16,672 nucleotides of DNA. Origin: an uncultured archaeon. GTDB lineage: Archaea > Iainarchaeota > Iainarchaeia > Iainarchaeales > CSSED10-239. The position numbers and the translations under genes are program-made. The DNA is taken from assembly GCA_964463155.1 (NCBI GenBank), contig CAYXAY010000015.1:1-16672 (forward strand), in the 5' to 3' direction. How positions within the stretch are numbered: position 1 is the stretch's first letter; the number at the start of each line of letters is the position of its first letter. Positions 7,651 through 13,709 of the stretch are shown here, piece after piece. Below the pieces are notes generated by a model. That model had not been told where the DNA came from, did no database searches, and saw only the letters and a list, made by a program, of their open reading frames with translations.

Positions 7651-8555
7651 ATCTTTCTTATATATTCTGTATTTTCTAACAACGGATCAAACAGAAATAT
7701 TTTGTCTTTTTTTCTATCATAATAAATATTATCAAAATCCAAAATATCTGTTATTATCCTATTGTCGTCTATTCCATATTTTTTTTTATTTTTTAATTCT
7801 TGATAAATCTTATCTTTTGCATCTTCTATATATTCTTTTATTTCGTGTATTTTTGTTAAAGAAATTAGTCTTTCAGTAACCAACTTTTTTAAATGATATC
7901 CATTTAGTAATTCCGGAACAAAATCATAAACTATGTAACTTTTTTTACTTTCAAAATCTTTAAATGCAAAATGATGACTAATTATTGGTATTCCACAATC
8001 TTGAATTAAAGATAGTGCTTTTGCTTCACTAATACCATCAATCCCTCTTTCAATATAATCTCTAAAAGAAGAGGTGTTCTTATTTCCACTTGTTCTTTCT
8101 AAAATGCCGGAATTATTTGTTTCTTTTATAAAAAATCTCTTTATTTTTCCATTGTGTTTAACTGACAAGACATAAGCAACGTTTGTTGTTCTAACCGACG
8201 GCAGCATCAAGTGTCTTTTTATTTCAAATCTGCCTTCTGGGGCTTTATATTCTTTTAGTCTTTCTTTTGATACTCTATAAAATTCTCTTAATAGTCCTGG
8301 GGTTGCGCGTATTATCTGTTTTGCTAATTTAGAATATCCTAGTTCTTTTGTTTTAGATTCTACAAATCTAAATCTTGGATTTTTTACTTTTTCTTGAATT
8401 TCTATTTTTTGTCTTTCATTTAGAAATCTTAAGAAGTCTTTTTTTCTTTGTGTTCTTTCTTCAGGAGTTAATGTTAATTTAGTTTGATAAATGTGCTTTC
8501 TTTGTTCTCTTCTATTCATTGACTTATTTAGATTTATTTGCCTATTTTTAACCAT
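7647..8555 (-). CDS. Uncharacterised paralog P1 (longest copy, all motifs intact); possibly an atypical RIO/Bud32/Kdo-kinase-like fold
   Basis: Shares with P2 the motifs GYS..KQII..PGLL, ERL..YK.P.GRF.IK, FFIKETN, GIDGISEAKAL.LI, SYIVYDF, and DN.YY...K.KIFLFDP. The ATG at 8555 is preferred; a TTG alternative lies at 8564. It overlaps both the HIT stop and the Memo-AMMECR1 start. Confidence 0.8.
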   Translation of the reverse strand: MVKNRQINLNKSMNRREQRKHIYQTKLTLTPEERTQRKKDFLRFLNERQKIEIQEKVKNPRFRFVESKTKELGYSKLAKQIIRATPGLLREFYRVSKERLKEYKAPEGRFEIKRHLMLPSVRTTNVAYVLSVKHNGKIKRFFIKETNNSGILERTSGNKNTSSFRDYIERGIDGISEAKALSLIQDCGIPIISHHFAFKDFESKKSYIVYDFVPELLNGYHLKKLVTERLISLTKIHEIKEYIEDAKDKIYQELKNKKKYGIDDNRIITDILDFDNIYYDRKKDKIFLFDPLLENTEYIRKI

Positions 8556-8964
8556 TTTCTGCAAGTTTTAATTTATTTGCTAAACTTTCTAAATCTTCTT
8601 TTTGATATCCTGTATTTGGCCAGGTTTTATAATCATCAGTATCAAATCGTGGAACAATGTGGAAATGAATATGAAATACTGATTGTTCTGCTGATTGTCC
8701 TGAAGCATTTAATATATTTACACCAGTACAACCAAATTTTACCTTATAATTAATTGCAATCTTTTGAGTAACTTTAATTATTTTTTCTAAAATCTTATCC
8801 TTACAATCAAAGATGTTTTCATAATGTTTTTTTGATATCACAAGCGTATGTCCTTTAGCTATTGGGTTAATATCTAAAAACGCAATTACTTTCTTATCCT
8901 CATATACCTTATAACTATGCATTTTCCCTTTTGCAATCTTACAAAAAATACATCCTTTTACCAT
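8548..8964 (-). CDS. HIT (histidine triad) family nucleotide hydrolase/transferase
   Basis: Histidine triad HIHFHIVPR, plus CIFCKI and AFLDINP..GHTLV motifs. AGGAG lies 10 nt upstream of the ATG. Confidence 0.9.
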   Translation of the reverse strand: MVKGCIFCKIAKGKMHSYKVYEDKKVIAFLDINPIAKGHTLVISKKHYENIFDCKDKILEKIIKVTQKIAINYKVKFGCTGVNILNASGQSAEQSVFHIHFHIVPRFDTDDYKTWPNTGYQKEDLESLANKLKLAENG

Positions 8965-8970
8965 TTTTTT

Positions 8971-9069
8971 TCATCTCCTTTGTTTTTTTAATAATATTGG
9001 GTCAAATACATAGAATTTTCTTTCTTTTAAACTGTAGAAAGTATTATCTGTGCCAAAATCATAAACCCC
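8971..9069 (-). other. In-frame continuation of P2 beyond its TAG stop (32 codons + TGA), still encoding the family's C-terminal motif
   Basis: Hand translation after the TAG at 9070-9072 gives GVYDFGTDNTFYSLKERKFYVFDPILLKKQRR. This aligns with the P1 C-terminus DNIYYDRKKDKIFLFDPLL. It ends 6 nt before the HIT start codon. Confidence 0.6.
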
Positions 9070-9681
9070 CTAATATTGATCTAACCCAAATTTGTGAAAT
9101 TTGCTATTAATCCTTTTTTCTAAATCTTCTATTTGTTTCTTAAGATTCTTATATCTTACGGTTGTTATTTTATCTTCTCTTAATAAATCATCAATTGTTT
9201 TTAATTGCGAAAAATCACTAGTAATAAAACTTACTTTTCTATTTGGATCAACAAAAGACAGATGAGCAGAAATTACTTTTACGTCTTTTTCTTGTGCAAT
9301 TAATTCTATTGCCTTGTGCTCACTTATCCCATCTCTACCGTGTCTATATTTTATATCAAAACTATAACATCTATCTGGATTTCTATCATTACTTTCTTTA
9401 ATAAAATATTTTGTACCAATTGTAACTATATATACTGAATTTGTATTAGTGTTATTTCTTGGTTTTTCTTGTTTTATACTAAATCTTCCTAATGGATCTT
9501 TATAAAAATATAATCTTTCTGTTACAACTTTATCAAATCCTGCTAAAATTCCGGGATTTTCTTTTATAATCTGTTTTCCGTGTAAAGAATATCCCTGTTC
9601 TTTTCCTGAATGACTTGAATGAAATACACTATTTCCTATTTCTTGTTTAATTGTACTTTTTGTATTTTTTACCAAAGCCAT
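9070..9681 (-). CDS. Uncharacterised paralog P2, truncated by an in-frame TAG (possible pseudogene or readthrough gene)
   Basis: Clear similarity to P1 (GYS, KQII.ENPGIL, ERLYFYKDPLGRFSIK, YFIKESN, GRDGISEHKAIELI, VSFITSDF). GGAG RBS before the ATG. The stop is TAG, with conserved sequence continuing in frame. Confidence 0.75.
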   Translation of the reverse strand: MALVKNTKSTIKQEIGNSVFHSSHSGKEQGYSLHGKQIIKENPGILAGFDKVVTERLYFYKDPLGRFSIKQEKPRNNTNTNSVYIVTIGTKYFIKESNDRNPDRCYSFDIKYRHGRDGISEHKAIELIAQEKDVKVISAHLSFVDPNRKVSFITSDFSQLKTIDDLLREDKITTVRYKNLKKQIEDLEKRINSKFHKFGLDQY

Positions 9682-9693
9682 TTTTTACTCCAT

Positions 9694-10446
9694 TTACTCT
9701 AATTGATAATCTTCTGCTGTAAATCTTTTCTGATATTCAAATCTATTTTTTCTTAAATCTACTTCTGGATTAAATACTACAAATAGTCTTGTTGTTGGAT
9801 TAAATAAAATTTCGTGTTCTTTATAGAAACTAAATAATAATTCTTCTCTTGTTGGTTTTGTTTTTTTTAGTTTTGATAATATCTGGTGGTAATATTTAGA
9901 ATTTATGTTAAAAACATTATTTTCAAATTCTTTAATCTCAGTTTCAGTTAAAGTTCTTGCTTTTTTTGCTTTCTCAATGGTTTGTAATTTTTCTAATTCT
10001 CTATAGTCATAAGCAATATAGCTTTCTCCTTTTTTTAAATTACTATATGCAAATTCCACAGGGACTGTATTAACTCCATGTGCTTCTAATTCTGACATAA
10101 TTACTGCCGAATTATATGCGTGATTTCCCCAAGTTCTTTCTTTATTTGTTTGTTCTATCTTTCTAACATAAAGTTTTTGTTCTTTAGTTTCAATTGAGAA
10201 AGAATTAGGAGATTTTAGTTTTTTAAATGAGAAATATTTTGTTGTAGAAAAACTTTTTCCGTCTCTTATAAATTTTAAAAACTTAAGAATAAGACTTGGA
10301 TTTTCTTTTAATGTAACTCTTGTCTTTGGAGTAATAGCTAAAGCTACATTAACTTTTTCATTAAACTCCAATCTTGGTTTTCTTAGTGGTTTCCCAATAA
10401 TTTTGGAATATATTGGATTCTTAGAAATATCCAATCTTTTTCTCAT
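9694..10446 (-). CDS. Uncharacterised paralog P3 (divergent copy; acidic residues of the C-terminal motif replaced)
   Basis: KENPSLIL, LYVRKIEQTN, ELEAHGVNTVPVEFAYSNLKKGESYIAYDY and LFVVFNPEV align to P1 and P2. The start was moved to the internal ATG at 10446, because the track's N-terminal 54 codons run through tRNA-Gly. Confidence 0.75.
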   Translation of the reverse strand: MRKRLDISKNPIYSKIIGKPLRKPRLEFNEKVNVALAITPKTRVTLKENPSLILKFLKFIRDGKSFSTTKYFSFKKLKSPNSFSIETKEQKLYVRKIEQTNKERTWGNHAYNSAVIMSELEAHGVNTVPVEFAYSNLKKGESYIAYDYRELEKLQTIEKAKKARTLTETEIKEFENNVFNINSKYYHQILSKLKKTKPTREELLFSFYKEHEILFNPTTRLFVVFNPEVDLRKNRFEYQKRFTAEDYQLE

Positions 10447-10514
10447 ATACAAATAGTGAAAGATAACTCTTAAATAGGTATTTATTAGACAAAAATAGAC
10501 TATAATTAAAAGAG

Positions 10515-10586
10515 TGCAACTACCGGGATTCGAACCCGGCTCATCAGCTTGGAAGGCTGAGATCCTAACCGCTAGACTATAGTTGC
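10515..10586 (-). tRNA. tRNA-Gly (anticodon UCC), no encoded CCA
   Basis: Hand-folded cloverleaf: acceptor GCAACTA/TAGTTGC, anticodon stem TCAGC/GCTGA with loop CTTCCAA, T arm CCGGG-TTCGAAT-CCCGG. Length 72 nt. Confidence 0.93.
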
Positions 10587-10708
10587 ATGACCGTTTGCGC
10601 TCAGTCAACGCGCAGCCAAAACTTTGATGGTACTAATTGGTTAGGGCAGCTCGCACTCAGTGGATTTCGCGGTTTATCCGCAATAATTACTTGGCTTGCG
10701 CGCCACCA
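10587..10708 (-). ncRNA. G+C-rich structured 5' leader of tRNA-Gly, or a separate small RNA (island B), family unknown
   Basis: G+C-rich island abutting the tRNA 5' end. A long-range helix pairs 10609-10619 with 10691-10702 (11 bp with a 1-nt bulge). The core at 10658-10684 is the inverted copy of 2003-2029. A TATA-like element lies just upstream on the minus strand. Confidence 0.3.
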
Positions 10709-10715
10709 AAATTCG

Positions 10716-10738
10716 TTTATTCTATTAATATTTAGTAG
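10716..10738 (-). promoter_or_regulatory. Candidate TATA box for the island B / tRNA-Gly transcript
   Basis: The minus strand reads CTACTAAATATTAATAGAATAAACG, roughly 15-30 nt upstream of GGTGGCGCGC, where the G+C-rich island begins. Confidence 0.25.
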
Positions 10739-10767
10739 GAAAAGGATTATAAATATAATTAATTAAG

Positions 10768-11205
10768 TTATTTCCCTGAACTTCCAAATCCTTTTTCTCC
10801 TCTTTTGCTTTCTCCTAGTTCTTGTACTTCTACAAGATTATCTTTATAGATTATTGTTGGAATCAGTTGTGCAATCTTGTCTCCTTTATTTACTTTGAAT
10901 TCTTCTTTAGAACTATTAAACACACAAACTACAAGTTCTCCGGTGTATCCTCTATCAATTACTCCGCCAAAGATATCAATCCCTGATTTTGCTGAAATAC
11001 CGTATCTTGGAGCAACTCTAACATAAATTTCGTTATTTTCTTCTTGAAGATCTGGAAGCTCAATTGCAATTCTTGTGTGCACAGTTTCTCTTGATAGTGC
11101 AGGAATTATTTTATCTTCATCTGCATAAAGATCATAACCTGCATCTTCTTCATGTGCTTTTGTTGGAACTTTTGCTGTTTCTGTAAGTCTTTTTATTTTT
11201 ATCAT
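10768..11205 (-). CDS. dut: dUTP diphosphatase (trimeric dUTPase)
   Basis: Motifs AGYDLYA, PRYGISAKSG, GVIDRGYTGE and C-terminal RGEKGFGSSG. Confidence 0.9.
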   Translation of the reverse strand: MIKIKRLTETAKVPTKAHEEDAGYDLYADEDKIIPALSRETVHTRIAIELPDLQEENNEIYVRVAPRYGISAKSGIDIFGGVIDRGYTGELVVCVFNSSKEEFKVNKGDKIAQLIPTIIYKDNLVEVQELGESKRGEKGFGSSGK

Positions 11206-11230
11206 ATTTTCTCAAATTTTAATATTATAT

Positions 11231-11262
11231 CATTGCGTGCGAGCCGAGCAAAACCGGCTCAG
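11231..11262. repeat. Third G+C-rich island: 6-bp hairpin plus short motifs shared with islands A and B
   Basis: Sequence CATTGCGTGCGAGCCGAGCAAAACCGGCTCAG. Hairpin GAGCCG/CGGCTC at 11241-11260. GAGCAAAACCGGCTC matches GCGCAAAACCGACTC (2089-2103) at 13/15. ATTGCG and GTGCGAGC also occur in A and B. It overlaps the stop codon of the 510-aa gene. Confidence 0.35.
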
Positions 11263-12791
11263 AACCATCCAAGTAGCATTCCAATACCTATTAATAACAT
11301 TATTATTCCTGCAATTAAGTGCATATACTTTACATTTCTATGTTTCCATTCTGCTACTGCTTCAACTTTTCTTACTCCAAAGTAAACTATAAAAGTTATT
11401 GCAAGCATTGGAAGTATAAAGATGATATTGTAAAGTAATAATTGTGGAAGAGCAGCTAAAATTGTTTCTGTTGCTAAAAGGTTCCCTAAGATAACATATG
11501 GTCCAATAGTGCATGGCATTAAAAACAATGTAACAAATGCTCCGACAAGGAATGCTCCACCAGGAGAAGTAATACTTGATATAATCTTTTGAACTTTCGG
11601 TCTAAAGGACATAGGCATTTCTGTTAAGAATCCCCCTGGTTTATAATCAAAGAAGTCTTTTAATTGCAACAAACCTATAAGTATTGCAATACAAGCAATT
11701 ACTGTATACACAATTGATCTTATTGCATCAATTGCTGGTATTAGTTTAAATACATTTATTAATAGTACACCATATATGAAATATAAAATAAAAATTGCAG
11801 CAGTAAAAGCAAGACCTGCTTGTAATGTTTTTTTCTTGTTTTTTGGGTGTGCAGTCATTATTGTAATCAAAAGCATAATTAACACCGCAAATTCACAAGG
11901 ATTAACTGCATCAACTAATGCTAAAGAAACTACAGTAAATAACGGAATTGTTTTCTTTTCTGCACAGTCGGGAGCAGTTACTTCTGTTGTTATTGGACAA
12001 GCTACATAATCAAGTGTGCTTTCTCCATTGTAATATATCTTCCAACCAGGAATGTGTATTGTGTTATCAAAAATAATTTCTGCTTGTGATAATTGTATCT
12101 TTTTATCGTCTATTGTGTGATAATCATATTGTTTTATTATTTCTTCAATTTCTTCTGTTGTTTCTGCATTTAATATTCTATGTAAAATCTTATCATCAAT
12201 TGGTGTTTCTCCATCTTGATATCTTACGATTACTTTTCCATTATACCAGATACTTGGTTTTCCTGCTAATTTACTAAACTCTATATTTTCAAAAGCAGTT
12301 GTTCCATTAGGATAAATTGATTCCGGAAAAGGAACATTATTTACTTTTCCTTGAGCTAATGATCTTTCTACTTTAGGAATTATATCTCTTGAAACATAAA
12401 ATTCATATTCATTAAGAACAATTAAAGGATATCCTAAACCAGAAGAATATTTTTTATTATATTCCACTATTAATTGTGCGTTTTCTTTAATTGCTTTTAT
12501 TTCATATTCAATTATTGCTAAATTTTTGTTTTCAAAAGGCATTTTCTTTAATAAAATAGGATCAACTCTTGCACAATGAGTACAACCAATTCCTGTGAAA
12601 TAGACTATACCAAATATTTCTGTTTTTTCTATTGCTTTTGGAGTATCTTTTGTAATTAATTTATCAAATATAGAATTATTTGTGTCAATTGTACAAACAT
12701 TTGTATTTTCGTCTTCACAATTTGTGTCTTCTGCTAACACTACTCCAATAGACATTAATAAAATTAAAATCACTAATATTTTCTTAAACAT
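11259..12791 (-). CDS. Membrane thiol-disulfide oxidoreductase fusion: signal peptide + thioredoxin-like CxxC domain + unknown middle domain + CcdA/DsbD-type transmembrane domain
   Basis: N-terminal hydrophobic leader. FTGIGCTHCARVDP (CxxC). A C-terminal multi-TM region with VDAVNPCEF and LMPCTIGPY, the paired Cys motifs typical of CcdA/DsbD electron transporters. Confidence 0.75.
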   Translation of the reverse strand: MFKKILVILILLMSIGVVLAEDTNCEDENTNVCTIDTNNSIFDKLITKDTPKAIEKTEIFGIVYFTGIGCTHCARVDPILLKKMPFENKNLAIIEYEIKAIKENAQLIVEYNKKYSSGLGYPLIVLNEYEFYVSRDIIPKVERSLAQGKVNNVPFPESIYPNGTTAFENIEFSKLAGKPSIWYNGKVIVRYQDGETPIDDKILHRILNAETTEEIEEIIKQYDYHTIDDKKIQLSQAEIIFDNTIHIPGWKIYYNGESTLDYVACPITTEVTAPDCAEKKTIPLFTVVSLALVDAVNPCEFAVLIMLLITIMTAHPKNKKKTLQAGLAFTAAIFILYFIYGVLLINVFKLIPAIDAIRSIVYTVIACIAILIGLLQLKDFFDYKPGGFLTEMPMSFRPKVQKIISSITSPGGAFLVGAFVTLFLMPCTIGPYVILGNLLATETILAALPQLLLYNIIFILPMLAITFIVYFGVRKVEAVAEWKHRNVKYMHLIAGIIMLLIGIGMLLGWF

Positions 12792-12802
12792 ATTTATTTC
12801 CT

Positions 12803-13702
12803 CTACTTATAATATTTATATCCAATTATCTTATAAACTAATTTTGCAAGTGTAAAACTTTCTGAAAAACTGGCTTTATTCTTTGGTTCTGGAGAAAATT
12901 CCACCATGTCCACACCAATTACTTCTTTTTCATGGAAAACCATCTTTAAAAGATTGTTTAATTGTGTCCAGTTAAGTCCTCCTGGTTCTGGGGTGTCTGT
13001 GTATCTGATGATTGATGGATCAAAGACATCAACGTCTATAGAAATGTAGATTTTCTTTGGTAATTGTCTTAACTTTTCTTCCAATTCAAAGCAAGAAGAA
13101 AGATCCCAGTTATGTTGTTTTTTTGAAGATAACAAGTCTTTTGCAAATATTACTCCTGTGTTTCTGCCTTTTGTTGATTGTAAAAAATCAATGTCTGTGT
13201 TGTCCATTGATCTTGTTCCGACTAGAAGAGTTTTATGCTTCCTTGATATCTCTCTTGAAACACAAGCATGCCACCAAGTGTCTTTTCCCCAAGGTTCTCG
13301 AAGATCAGAATGTGCATCAAACACCAAAACTCCAAAGTCTTTTTCTTTTTTTTCAAGCGCCTCAATGATTGGAATGGTTGTGGAGTGGTCAGAGCCAAGA
13401 ATTATTGGATATTTCTGTTCATCATAGATTTTTAAGAATTTGTCCAAGATTTTGTGCTTTATTTTAGCAAAGTCTGTATCTTTAATTGTCAATGGTTCTT
13501 CAGTAAAGATACCTTTCTCGTGTGGCTCACAGAAAAGATCTTCCTCGCAGTATTCAAGTTCGTGGCTTGCTTCTATGATTGCCTTTGGCCCAAAATAGCT
13601 TTCGTTTTTTCTGGTGGTCTTTGTCTTGAAGCACACAGGAAAGATAACTACTTTTGATTTTTTCTTGTCCCTATATTCTTTTTGGGGATTCATAAAGTTC
13701 AT
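12803..13702 (-). CDS. speB: Agmatinase / ureohydrolase family (arginase fold)
   Basis: Mn-binding motifs GSDHSTT, DAHSDL and SIDVDVFDP. Confidence 0.85.
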   Translation of the reverse strand: MNFMNPQKEYRDKKKSKVVIFPVCFKTKTTRKNESYFGPKAIIEASHELEYCEEDLFCEPHEKGIFTEEPLTIKDTDFAKIKHKILDKFLKIYDEQKYPIILGSDHSTTIPIIEALEKKEKDFGVLVFDAHSDLREPWGKDTWWHACVSREISRKHKTLLVGTRSMDNTDIDFLQSTKGRNTGVIFAKDLLSSKKQHNWDLSSCFELEEKLRQLPKKIYISIDVDVFDPSIIRYTDTPEPGGLNWTQLNNLLKMVFHEKEVIGVDMVEFSPEPKNKASFSESFTLAKLVYKIIGYKYYK

Positions 13703-13709
13703 AATTCAT

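Noticed and set aside
2104-10586. Integrated mobile element or genomic island using the tRNA genes as attachment sites
   Set aside because: There is no integrase, transposase or viral gene. The repeat is inverted rather than direct and lies outside the tRNA bodies. The intervening genes are housekeeping (eL40, FEN1, S2P).
10447-10608. N-terminal 54 codons of track ORF 9694-10608
   Set aside because: This stretch reads straight through tRNA-Gly (10515-10586) and part of its G+C-rich leader. The paralog alignment and an ATG at 10446 place the real start downstream.
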